Source: an uncultured Candidatus Saccharibacteria bacterium
GTDB taxonomy: Bacteria > Patescibacteriota > WWE3 > UBA101185 > UBA10185
NCBI GenBank assembly: GCA_964496905.1
Contig: CAZCAQ010000002.1
Span: forward strand, 70,147 to 118,197
Direction of reading: 5' to 3'
Length of the DNA stretch: 48,051 bases
Part shown: piece by piece, positions 1 to 8,761 of the stretch
Position numbering within the stretch: the stretch's first letter is position 1
Layout of the letters: the number at the start of each line of letters is the position of its first letter
Notes under the pieces: model-generated
Databases searched by the model: none
What the model was told of the DNA's origin: nothing
Seen by the model: only the letters and a program-made list of their open reading frames with translations
Position numbers and translations under genes: made by a program

Positions 1-569
1 TGACTCTTTAAAAATTCGCGATGAGCTTCCCAAAATTTTGCTCGCCTAACAAAACGCTCAAAAACATCCTCATTGATTGTTGTATCTAAGTAACGACGAC
101 GGGCTTTTTGTTCACGGTCTTTAAGTCCTTCCCATTTGTCGGGTAAAGGTCGTAAAGATTTGGTTAAAAGCCTAATAGAGCCTACCTCTACAGAAATTTG
201 GCCAGACTGTGTTTTTACAACTTTGCCCGTTCCCTCAACAAAATCTCCAACATCAAGCAAATGCAAATCCGCAAAGCCTAGCTCGCTGTATTTGTAATTT
301 GGTTTTCCAAAATTTTCTTCTTTTATATATAACTGGACTTTTCCACTTGAATCTTTAATGTCGGCAAATATTAGTTTTCCGTGTCCACGCAAAGACATTA
401 TGCGCCCACCAACTGTTACTTCTTTGTTTTCGAGCGTTGCAAAATCGCTTGTTACCTTTGCACAAACCGTATCTTTTTTGGAAATTGCCGGATAAGGATC
501 AATACCTTTATTTCTAAGATCTTTTAGCTTTTCAAGTCTTACATTTCGAAGTTCTTTAAGTGTGGCCAT
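1..569 (-). CDS. lysS: Lysine--tRNA ligase (class II), N-terminal part; gene runs off the left window edge
   Basis: Hand translation from ATG 569-567 gives MATLKELRNVRLEKLKDLRNKGIDPYP...GRIMSLRGHGKLIFADIKDSSGKVQLY...PLPDKWEGLKDREQKARRRYLD. This is the N-terminal helix plus OB-fold anticodon-binding pattern of bacterial LysRS. It is absent from the ORF track because the window truncates it. Confidence 0.85.
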   Translation of the reverse strand, partial: MATLKELRNVRLEKLKDLRNKGIDPYPAISKKDTVCAKVTSDFATLENKEVTVGGRIMSLRGHGKLIFADIKDSSGKVQLYIKEENFGKPNYKYSELGFADLHLLDVGDFVEGTGKVVKTQSGQISVEVGSIRLLTKSLRPLPDKWEGLKDREQKARRRYLDTTINEDVFERFVRRAKFWEAHREFLKS

Positions 570-703
570 AACCCCTATTGTACACAAAAAGACCTTAATT
601 AAAAGACTAAAAATTAATCAATCGGACAAATTCTTTGACATGTTTGGAATTTTCCATGTAAGCTATTACTATATAGATTTTTAATTTAGTAAAGGAAACA
701 AAC

Positions 704-3100
704 ATGCCCAAAGTTTTTAAACTTAATAAGTCGCAAACCGGTTTTGCGCACCCCGTTTTAGTAGTTGGTCTTGGAATTGCATTTGTTCTAATTGCATTCC
801 TTTTATACAAAGGATTTAAAGAAAGACCTATTGAATCCACTTCATATCAAAATGAGGAGGTTGCAGGACTAAGCACTCCAAATAGCCAAATAGCCTCAAT
901 ACCAAAAGCCGAGTGCGATATTTTTGTGGCAACAAACGGTAACGATGACAACAATGGAAGTACTGAAAACACACCAGTTAGAAAAATACAGACTGCCGCA
1001 AACAGAGTACAAGCAGGGCAAGCAATTTGTATTAAAGGCGGAGAATACAGAGAAGTAGTTCTAATAGCCAATAAAAATGGAACAGCTGGAAATCCAATAA
1101 AAATTGGAGGCTACACAGGAGGTGGTTTACCAATAATTTCGGGAGGCATTACAAATAATGACGAATACACGTTACCAAATTCCAATTGTAAGGTCCTAGA
1201 TGTTTGTCAAGGTAATCCAAACAGTGCCGGCGGTTGTAATCAGCGTAACAGTTGTGTAAGACAAACACTCTTTAATATTATGGATTCGTCAAATTTACAA
1301 GTTTATGGTATCGATGTTAGAGGTTCCTCAGGAAGAGGCTTTGGTGTAGGTAATTCAAATGATATTTCTGTAAAAGGAGTTAGAAGCTATCACAACTGGT
1401 CACAAGGATTCCAAATTTGGTCTGAAACTGCAAACAGCGGAAACAACATTAATATGGATTACACAGCCACATACGACAACATAAGAGCTATGGCTGAAAA
1501 AGGTATTGCAGGCGGAGGGGCTATTCACGTTAACAAAATAAAGAGTGGTTCTATTAAAAATTCTTTAGTATTTGAAAACTTTGGCGAAGGCCTTGATGTA
1601 CACAAAGATTCAGCAGATTTTGAAGTCTCAAAAAGCATGTTCTGGGACAACTATCATGCGTTTTTGTACGCAAATGGCTCAACCGATGCAACACTCGATA
1701 GTAATTTGTTATTCTGCACAAAGAATAGAGTTTCTTGGCTTGAAGAAAATGGTGTAAATCCAGGAAAAACTACGGGATATGGATCAGCAATAACGCTAAG
1801 AAACGAAGAGGCTGTTACTAGGAAACACGGCGAGAATGGTGGCACAATCGCTTCTAACAACTTAATACTTGGATGCACTAATAGCATATTAATTGCAGGA
1901 CAAGGCGTAGCTACTCTGTCAGATGTTAAAGTTCTAAACAACACAATTGTTAGCCCAAGAGACTTTCCTGAAGGTGGGAAATTTGATGGCAAGCAGGGTG
2001 AAGGCATTTCGCTAGCGGGTAAATTAATAAATATACTTATTGAAAACAACGTAATACTTGCTGATTCAACAGGAGAATCTATTAATGGAGCCTCTATGGC
2101 ATCGGATCAAGTAAAGTATGTTAATAACATTGTGTCCACTGCTCCAGCTAGAACAAGAACTGGCGTTAGAGTTGCTGATCCTAAACTAGGCAGAAATGTT
2201 GAAGTTAACGAAGTTCTAAATCCATCCGATATTAGAGTTAATGATTATATGATAACTGCAGGATCTCCTGCAATTGGAGCAGGTGTTAAAACAGCAGGAT
2301 CAAGAGGCACACTAGATACAGACTTTTATGGAAATAGCAGAGGAAATAATCCAATTGACTTAGGCGCGTATGAATTTGGATCTTCCAAAAACTGGAATAA
2401 TTTATATGCAACAGTTATGACTGGGACGGGTAATACTGGAGGCGGTGGCGGCAATGGCGAACCTCCGGTACCTCCTACACCTGCCGACACAGACGGAGAC
2501 GGTATTCCAAACAAACAAGATGAGTGTCCAAGAACACCACAAGGCAATACTCCAGATCCTCAAAAACCAGGATGCCCACTAGACGAGGTTGTAACCGAGC
2601 CAGGAGTAAATAAAGTTAAAAACTCTGCCTTTAAAGATCCTGCAACACCTGGAACAGATGAAGTTGCACAATACTGGACAGTTAATACCGGAAGACTTGG
2701 AAGTGTAACAGCCAGCATTGAACGTGCTAGAAACACAGATTTAGCAAAAGGAGAAACATTATTAATTAATGTAGTCAAAAACCCTATCCAAGGAGCTGTA
2801 TATGTAGGGCAAAGTCCTGTCGACTTAGCACCATCGTCAAAATACGAAGTTAGTTTTGCAGCAAAGTCTTCTGCACTTGATAGCACGTTAATCGTAGATA
2901 TTAGAGAGCTAGGAGCGATTAAAGAGCCATTAGCTCCACGTAAAATAGTCAACTTGGAACAAGGTTGGAAACAGTACACATACACAATTGTGACCAGAAG
3001 ATACAATCCAAATAAAGCTGCAAAGCTTTTTATTAGAGTGGTTACACCAAACGCAAGTAATGTCACGCTAGATAATGTCGTAATTAAAGCTGTTAATTAA
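704..3100 (+). CDS. Membrane-anchored surface protein: right-handed beta-helix (pectate-lyase-fold-like) + TSP3-like Ca-binding linker + C-terminal CBM-like beta-sandwich (paralog A)
   Basis: 798-aa ORF with an N-terminal TM helix (GFAHPVLVVGLGIAFVLIAFLLY). N/G-rich turn repeats (ASNNLILGC, IENNVILADSTG, NNTIVSP) are typical of parallel beta-helices. It also has a DTDGDGIPNKQDECP motif and a C-terminal ~190-aa module starting KNSAFKD..W. Confidence 0.6.
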   Translation: MPKVFKLNKSQTGFAHPVLVVGLGIAFVLIAFLLYKGFKERPIESTSYQNEEVAGLSTPNSQIASIPKAECDIFVATNGNDDNNGSTENTPVRKIQTAANRVQAGQAICIKGGEYREVVLIANKNGTAGNPIKIGGYTGGGLPIISGGITNNDEYTLPNSNCKVLDVCQGNPNSAGGCNQRNSCVRQTLFNIMDSSNLQVYGIDVRGSSGRGFGVGNSNDISVKGVRSYHNWSQGFQIWSETANSGNNINMDYTATYDNIRAMAEKGIAGGGAIHVNKIKSGSIKNSLVFENFGEGLDVHKDSADFEVSKSMFWDNYHAFLYANGSTDATLDSNLLFCTKNRVSWLEENGVNPGKTTGYGSAITLRNEEAVTRKHGENGGTIASNNLILGCTNSILIAGQGVATLSDVKVLNNTIVSPRDFPEGGKFDGKQGEGISLAGKLINILIENNVILADSTGESINGASMASDQVKYVNNIVSTAPARTRTGVRVADPKLGRNVEVNEVLNPSDIRVNDYMITAGSPAIGAGVKTAGSRGTLDTDFYGNSRGNNPIDLGAYEFGSSKNWNNLYATVMTGTGNTGGGGGNGEPPVPPTPADTDGDGIPNKQDECPRTPQGNTPDPQKPGCPLDEVVTEPGVNKVKNSAFKDPATPGTDEVAQYWTVNTGRLGSVTASIERARNTDLAKGETLLINVVKNPIQGAVYVGQSPVDLAPSSKYEVSFAAKSSALDSTLIVDIRELGAIKEPLAPRKIVNLEQGWKQYTYTIVTRRYNPNKAAKLFIRVVTPNASNVTLDNVVIKAVN

Positions 3101-3111
3101 ATAAACAAAAA

Positions 3112-5508
3112 ATGAAAGTCTATGCAAAAGCTAATAAATCAACATCAGTAGGCTTTGCCCATCCAATACTGATGTTGGTGTTAGCTTGCATAGCATTAGT
3201 GGTAACATTTTTTGTCTATAAAGCATATAAGGAACGCCCATATGAATACAGTGAAATTCAAAGTGAAGCTGTAGCTGGGATAAGCACACCAAACAGTCAA
3301 ATTGCTTACATACCAAAGGCCGAGTGTGATTTATATGTTGCGACTAACGGAAACGATTCAAACTCAGGTGATTCTGAAAACTCCCCACTTAAAAAAATTC
3401 AAACTGGTGCAAATAAAGCTCAAGCTGGCCAGGCTGTATGTATAAAAGGCGGAGAGTATAGAGAAGTCGTTGAAATTTACAATAAGCACGGTACACCTCA
3501 AAATCCAATTGTAATAGGTGGGTATGCTGGTGGAGGATTACCAATTGTTTCAGGTGGAATTACAAACGGCGATGAATACATGCTCCCCGACGCTCAATGC
3601 AGAATAAAGGATGTTTGTAATTCTGATGTGCTAGATTCAGGAAAATGCACAAATAGAGATAATTGTATTAGAAGATTCTTATTTAACGTTTTGGAGTCTT
3701 CAAACATTCACATTTATGGCATTGATGTAAGAGGCTCGTCTGGTAGAGGTTTTGGCGTTTCAGAATCCAATGATGTTTATGTTAGAGGGGTAAGAACGTA
3801 CCACAACTGGTCCCAAGGGTTTCAATTTAATGCAGATATGCCTGGTAAGGGAAATAACATGTTTGCCGAATATATTGCCGTTTATGACAACATTAGAGCA
3901 ATGGCAGAGAAAAACTTAATTGGAGGTGGCGCAATCCATGTTAACAAAATTAAAGGTGGCTACATTAGAAATTCCTTAGTTTTTGAAAATTTTGGTGAAG
4001 GCTTAGATGTACATAAAGGAACTACCAATTTTGTAGTTGCAAAAAACATGCTCTGGGACAATTTTCACGCCTCTTTATATGCAAATGGTTCAACCAACGC
4101 TACTCTTGACTCTAATTTATTATTCTGTACTAAAAATAGGGTTAATTGGCTTGAGGAAAACGGGGTTAAGCCGGGTAAAGACACTGGTTACGGATCTGCA
4201 TTAACTTTACGAAATGAGGAAATAGTAACAAGTCAACATGGAGAAGGTGGCGGAACTATTGCATCTAACAATTTACTAGTGGGATGCACTGGAAATATTC
4301 TTATTGCAGCTCAAGGTGACGCCAAACTGGATGATGTGGCAGTTTTTAATAATACAATAGTTAGTCCAAGAGACTTCCCTGCTGTCAAAAATAAATATGA
4401 CGGAAAATCAGGTGAAGGTATCTCAATATCAGGTAAGGCTGGGGCTTTGCAAAACATACATATTGAGAATAATGTAATTCTCGCCGATTCAACAGGTGAT
4501 TCTATTATTGGCGGTGCAATGGGCTCCGATCAAATTACTTATATTAATAATTTAGTTTCAAAACCACCTTTAATTTCAAAAGCAGGCATAAGGGTTGCTG
4601 ATCCAAAAATAAAGAAAAATGTAGGAGAAGATGAGGTTTTGAACCCAGCTCATATAAATGCAGCGGATTATATGATTACAAATGCATCACCTGCTGTTAA
4701 CGCAGGAGCAAAGCCAGCAGTTTCTCGTAACTTGTTGGATCGCGACTTTTTTGGAAACATTAGAGGAAACAATCCAATAGACTTAGGTGCGTATGAAACT
4801 GGCATGACGGCCAACTGGTCCAACTTATATAATGTGATTATGCAAGGTGCCAGCAGTGGCTTAGAAGGCGCTGGCGATGATGAGGATCCTCCAGAACCTG
4901 CCAAAGACCCAGATAAAGATGGTGTACCTAATGATGGTACTGATAAGTGTCCAGAAGTAAATCAAGGAAGTAACCCAGATCCTAGCAAGCCAGGATGTCC
5001 CTTGGAATACGGCGTTAAAGTTAGCAACAAACTTAAAAACTCTTCGTTTGAAGAAGAAGCTTCGCCAGCTACCGATGAACTTGCAAAATATTGGATGTCA
5101 GAAAAAACATTTGCAGGACAGGTACGATACTCCTTAAGAAATGCTAATATTACTGACTTTTCAAGTGGGAACGCAGTACTAATAGAGGTTGTGAAAATAC
5201 CAATTAATCAGCCAAAAATAAGTCAAAGCGATATAATACTTATGCCAAATACTGCTTACAAAGTTAGTTTTTCAGCAAAATCGTCAGGAACAAATAGCAG
5301 AGTGACAATTGAACTTATAGAAATGGGAACTATGCAAAAACTGGTTGCACCTAGGAGATCAGTAAGACTAACTCCCGCTTGGACCAGTTACGACTTTGAT
5401 CTGAGGACAAAGAATTTCGATCCAACCAAAAAAGTTAAGTTGAACGTTAAATTTGCTGCTCCAAAAAACAGCAACATTGTAATAGATAACGTAGAACTTA
5501 AAAAGTAG
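3112..5508 (+). CDS. Membrane-anchored beta-helix surface protein, tandem paralog B
   Basis: 798-aa ORF located 11 nt after paralog A, with the same length and architecture. The first ~600 aa are about two-thirds identical by eye and the C-terminal module is much more divergent. The DPDKDGVPNDGTDKCP motif is present. Confidence 0.6.
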   Translation: MKVYAKANKSTSVGFAHPILMLVLACIALVVTFFVYKAYKERPYEYSEIQSEAVAGISTPNSQIAYIPKAECDLYVATNGNDSNSGDSENSPLKKIQTGANKAQAGQAVCIKGGEYREVVEIYNKHGTPQNPIVIGGYAGGGLPIVSGGITNGDEYMLPDAQCRIKDVCNSDVLDSGKCTNRDNCIRRFLFNVLESSNIHIYGIDVRGSSGRGFGVSESNDVYVRGVRTYHNWSQGFQFNADMPGKGNNMFAEYIAVYDNIRAMAEKNLIGGGAIHVNKIKGGYIRNSLVFENFGEGLDVHKGTTNFVVAKNMLWDNFHASLYANGSTNATLDSNLLFCTKNRVNWLEENGVKPGKDTGYGSALTLRNEEIVTSQHGEGGGTIASNNLLVGCTGNILIAAQGDAKLDDVAVFNNTIVSPRDFPAVKNKYDGKSGEGISISGKAGALQNIHIENNVILADSTGDSIIGGAMGSDQITYINNLVSKPPLISKAGIRVADPKIKKNVGEDEVLNPAHINAADYMITNASPAVNAGAKPAVSRNLLDRDFFGNIRGNNPIDLGAYETGMTANWSNLYNVIMQGASSGLEGAGDDEDPPEPAKDPDKDGVPNDGTDKCPEVNQGSNPDPSKPGCPLEYGVKVSNKLKNSSFEEEASPATDELAKYWMSEKTFAGQVRYSLRNANITDFSSGNAVLIEVVKIPINQPKISQSDIILMPNTAYKVSFSAKSSGTNSRVTIELIEMGTMQKLVAPRRSVRLTPAWTSYDFDLRTKNFDPTKKVKLNVKFAAPKNSNIVIDNVELKK

Positions 5509-5970
5509 TTAAGCTACCTTTATAATTTTGTAGGTCAGCTTACCAACTGGTGCTTCAATAGTAACCTCGTCTCCTACTTTTTTGCCGCTTAAGGCAATAC
5601 CTAATGGAGATTCAATAGATATTTTTTTGTCTAGTGGACTGGCTTCGGGTGCGCCTACTAAGTGAAATTCCTCCTCATCGCCTTCAATATGAACAGTGAC
5701 TTTGCAACCTACACCTACAAGTCCGTTTGAACTTCCTTCTTTTAAAACTACGGCTTTTTTTAAGATGTCGTTTAGTTCGCTTATTCTACCTTCAACGAAA
5801 GCCTGCTCTTGTTTTGCTGTATCGTACATTGCATTTTCGGAGATATCGCCAAGTTCCCTTGCCGTCTTAATTTTTTGAGCAACTTCAGGTCGCTTAACAT
5901 CTGTAAGCTCCTTAAGTTCATCTTTAAGTTTTACTAATCCATCATTTGTTAGATAAACGACATCACTCAT
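5509..5970 (-). CDS. greA: Transcription elongation factor GreA
   Basis: MSDVVYLTNDGLVKLKDELKEL...ARELGDISENAMYDTAKQEQAFVEGRISEL matches the GreA coiled-coil plus C-terminal domain. I prefer the ATG at 5970, which has GGAG 8 nt upstream, over the ORF-track start at 5982. Confidence 0.9.
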   Translation of the reverse strand: MSDVVYLTNDGLVKLKDELKELTDVKRPEVAQKIKTARELGDISENAMYDTAKQEQAFVEGRISELNDILKKAVVLKEGSSNGLVGVGCKVTVHIEGDEEEFHLVGAPEASPLDKKISIESPLGIALSGKKVGDEVTIEAPVGKLTYKIIKVA

Positions 5971-6306
5971 TTTGATCTCCATCTATAAATTAATTATACT
6001 TTTCGCTACAACGAATATTGAAGATTCTACGTGCTTTTACGTGAAATCTTACAAAAAAAATAAACTCAACAATTCCTAAAAAAATTAGGGGTGAGTTCCT
6101 TTATGCATTACTGCTTAATTTGTGAAAAACACATGTTACTCATATGTTCACCTTTTCCAACATCTAGAAAAAGAAAGAGTCTTAGCACTTGGATAATGTA
6201 TCATGTTGGGCCTTTATAGTCAAATGGTTAAGCACACCGCATTTGTTGTAAGTAAAGCGAAAGATCAAGGTTACTTTATGCCACTTTATCTGCTATATTT
6301 AGTGTA

Positions 6307-7581
6307 ATGGAGGAAAATACTAGCCCAATTCAAAAAGAGTCTAGCGAACCAACACAACAGACTCCACCACAAGCTCTTGAGCAAGAACCCAAAAAGGGTC
6401 ACAGCAAGTCTATTAAAATTAGCCTTGCAATACTGGTGCTCTCATCATGTTTAATAGCTATTTATCTTACAAATGCTGAAAACAAAAAACAAGTAGTTGT
6501 CCCTCAAAAACCAATTCAAGTAGAAAAACCTATAGAGGACCCATACCCTGTTGACGATAATGATGTTAATTGGAAAGAGTATACAAATCAAAAGTACGAG
6601 TTTTATATAAAATACCCAGTAAAAGGGGTATTAACTCAATACGACATATCTCCAGAAGAACCATCTGTTTTTAAAGTCTATTTTACACCTGACACATCCA
6701 AAATTAAAAACATAGATGCAGTTGAAGAAACCGATATTAATGAAGGTATGCTATTTAAAATTACAGTAGTTAAAGATATAGAACTAAAAACTCCAGAAAC
6801 CGCAGCACAAGAAAAGATAAGCTTTTTTAAGACCGTTTGCCCTGCAACTGCAAAAATTTCCGGTTTACAAAAAGGTGAATTTTCAGGATTTGAATCGCAA
6901 ACATTTACTGTTAGGGACTGCAGAGGTAATTACAAAGTAACATTTGTTAAAAGAAAAACCAATATGTACGAAATGTCCCAATTTTCAACAGGAGATGTTG
7001 GGTTTGAACAAAGATACAAAGCCACTACTGACAAAATGCTTAGTAACATGCGTTTAACCAATACAATCTCACCAGTCCCTCTTGAAAAATGGATCGAGTT
7101 TACAAATCAAGGCGTGGCTTTTAAACACCCTCAAATGGATGATAAGTGTTGTAGCATAAGCGGACCAGTACAAATTGATGGATATCGCGGTGCTAACACA
7201 ATTGTTGTTCTTGCTATGCCAGGAGGAATTAGCAATGCAGGTGCCTCATTTAACGGATTCGGTGTATTTAGCGTTGACAGAATAAACACTGAAGAAGAAA
7301 TGACAGCCTACATTGATAAACAAAAAAGCGCCTTAATTGAAGAATACAAAATCGTCGTTGGAAAAACCCCCGATGTGCAAGAATCCTCAACCTCTGTAAG
7401 CGGCTTACCTGCTATCTACTTAAAAAACATAGCATGGTGGGGAGATATGGTGTTTGTACCATTTAAAGACGCAAACGGAAAATCAACAGTATTTATGTTT
7501 GCTAAAACGGAAGTACTAAAGGGAGAATTTGAAAACTTGTTCACTGAAATATTATCAACTGTTTCTATTGGCAAAAACTAA
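6307..7581 (+). CDS. Hypothetical membrane-anchored extracytoplasmic protein
   Basis: 424-aa ORF with a P/Q-rich N-terminus, one TM helix (ISLAILVLSSCLIAIYL) and no recognised family. TATATT at 6294-6299 lies 7 nt upstream of the ATG. Confidence 0.6.
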   Translation: MEENTSPIQKESSEPTQQTPPQALEQEPKKGHSKSIKISLAILVLSSCLIAIYLTNAENKKQVVVPQKPIQVEKPIEDPYPVDDNDVNWKEYTNQKYEFYIKYPVKGVLTQYDISPEEPSVFKVYFTPDTSKIKNIDAVEETDINEGMLFKITVVKDIELKTPETAAQEKISFFKTVCPATAKISGLQKGEFSGFESQTFTVRDCRGNYKVTFVKRKTNMYEMSQFSTGDVGFEQRYKATTDKMLSNMRLTNTISPVPLEKWIEFTNQGVAFKHPQMDDKCCSISGPVQIDGYRGANTIVVLAMPGGISNAGASFNGFGVFSVDRINTEEEMTAYIDKQKSALIEEYKIVVGKTPDVQESSTSVSGLPAIYLKNIAWWGDMVFVPFKDANGKSTVFMFAKTEVLKGEFENLFTEILSTVSIGKN

Positions 7582-7590
7582 GTCCAGTCA

Positions 7591-8073
7591 TTAAACTATA
7601 TCTGCTACCACTGGGTCTTCGATTAACTTATATTCTGCAGATAACAGGCCTACAGAAACTTGCCTATCGGCACAGTTAAAGATGATTTTCTCGTTTAATA
7701 AGACTGTCTTGTCTACATAAGTTTTTAGTCCAAAAACACTACCAAAAGGTGGAACGCCGCCTACTAAAACTCCTGAAGTTATTTTAAAAACTTCCTCTTC
7801 AGTTGCAAAACTTATGTCTTTAATGCCTAACAGCGCCTTAAGCTTTAATTTGTCGAATTTTTGATCACCGGGTATGACAACCATTAAAAAGTTCTTATCG
7901 GCCTTTAAAATCAAAGCTTTTGCTCCGTTTTTTATAGAATAACCATGACGCAGTTTACTAGCTTCTTCGCTTGTACGAACAGGTTCATGTACAAAAACTT
8001 CAAACCAAGTACCCTTTTTTATAAAAAGAGCAATTAATTCTAATGTCTTATTATTAGTACCTTCTTGCAGCAT
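7591..8073 (-). CDS. YbaK/ProX-type aminoacyl-tRNA deacylase (editing domain protein)
   Basis: 160 aa. The segment KALILKADKNFLMVVIPGDQKFDKLKLKALLG...GGVPPFG matches the YbaK/prolyl-tRNA-synthetase-associated domain pattern. Confidence 0.75.
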   Translation of the reverse strand: MLQEGTNNKTLELIALFIKKGTWFEVFVHEPVRTSEEASKLRHGYSIKNGAKALILKADKNFLMVVIPGDQKFDKLKLKALLGIKDISFATEEEVFKITSGVLVGGVPPFGSVFGLKTYVDKTVLLNEKIIFNCADRQVSVGLLSAEYKLIEDPVVADIV

Positions 8074-8151
8074 AAAGACAGTTTCTCAAAAAACTATGAA
8101 AACTACAAATTTTGCCCGTTAAAAGCAATAAATACAAATATAGTAAAAGTG

Positions 8152-8180
8152 TTGACAAATGATAAGTTTACTTGTAATAT
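8152..8180 (+). promoter_or_regulatory. Near-consensus sigma70-type promoter (TTGACA-17 nt-TAATAT) not followed by an ATG
   Basis: TTGACA at 8152-8157, a 17-nt spacer, then TAATAT at 8175-8180. Confidence 0.6.
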
Positions 8181-8185
8181 ATCCC

Positions 8186-8371
8186 TACCTTGATAAGAGC
8201 AATCTTAACAAGGTACCAGAAAAGACCTCGCAAGAGGTCTTTTCTATTTTAAAGATGCGCAAGGCATCTACTTTCTGTTGTACGACAGGTAAACTATCGG
8301 ACTTCTTTCATCTATGGGACAGATATCTATTTGTACAAAGAGCCTTGATATCAACAAAATAATCACCTAAT
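8186..8371 (+). promoter_or_regulatory. Structured leader / possible short sRNA upstream of mscL (three hairpins, the middle one an intrinsic terminator)
   Basis: Hairpins are TACCTTG (8186-8192)/CAAGGTA (8209-8215), a 12-bp GCAA-capped stem at 8218-8245, and AGATGC (8253-8258)/GCATCT (8264-8269). Confidence 0.45.
8218..8250 (+). terminator. Intrinsic terminator inside the mscL leader
   Basis: AGAAAAGACCTC-GCAA-GAGGTCTTTTCT forms a 12-bp perfect stem, followed by ATTTT. Confidence 0.6.
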
Positions 8372-8698
8372 ATGAAAAAGATGGCAAAACAACATGTAAA
8401 TGGATTTATGGATTTTATAAGAGAACAAGGCGTTGTAGGCCTTGCTGTGGGATTTTTAGTAGGAGGAGCTGTAGCAAAACTTGTCTCTGCATTCATATCC
8501 GACATAGTAAACCCTCTTTTGGGAATACTATTAGGCATGGCGGGTGACTTTGGCACTGCAAAAATCATTGTGGGAGACACTGAAATACTTATTGGACACT
8601 TTATAGCTACACTAATAGACTTTCTTATTGTTGCAGCTGTGGTTTACGTAGGAGTAAAAATTCTCAAACTGGACAAAATAGATAAAAAGAAGGCTTAG
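8372..8698 (+). CDS. mscL: Large-conductance mechanosensitive channel MscL
   Basis: 108 aa. GFMDFIREQGVVGLAVGFLVGGAVAKLVSAFISDIVNPLLG is the canonical MscL N-terminus/TM1. Confidence 0.9.
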   Translation: MKKMAKQHVNGFMDFIREQGVVGLAVGFLVGGAVAKLVSAFISDIVNPLLGILLGMAGDFGTAKIIVGDTEILIGHFIATLIDFLIVAAVVYVGVKILKLDKIDKKKA

Positions 8699-8724
8699 CC
8701 GTACTTTAACCATATTATTAATTA

Positions 8725-8753
8725 CTGACAAATTTAGTGCCTCTTGGTAAAAT
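8725..8753 (+). promoter_or_regulatory. Promoter CTGACA-17 nt-(TGg)TAAAAT, 8 nt upstream of ATG 8762
   Basis: CTGACA at 8725-8730 and an extended -10 TGgTAAAAT at 8745-8753. Confidence 0.55.
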
Positions 8754-8761
8754 TCACCAAC

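Noticed and set aside
847-5878. Antisense or overlapping ORFs inside the large surface-protein and greA genes (847-1071, 1654-2049, 2326-2547, 2560-3066, 3131-3316, 4668-4904, 5696-5878)
   Set aside because: They are fully embedded in much longer ORFs with recognisable domains on the other strand or frame, and their sequences are low-complexity or odd. They are typical shadow ORFs. The same reasoning applies to the other short overlapping track entries, for example 9362-9797, 11147-11410, 11966-12199, 12493-12895, 14812-15057, 19584-19793, 36045-36390, 36875-37328, 40152-40626, 41077-41394 and 44872-45132.
6215-6292. tRNA-like 5' start GGGCCTTTATAGTCAAATGGTTAAGCA in the greA / 6307 intergenic region
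   Set aside because: There is no complementary 3' acceptor strand (AAGGCCC), no GTTCGAATC-type T-loop and no anticodon stem that I can pair. It is probably chance similarity or promoter-region sequence.
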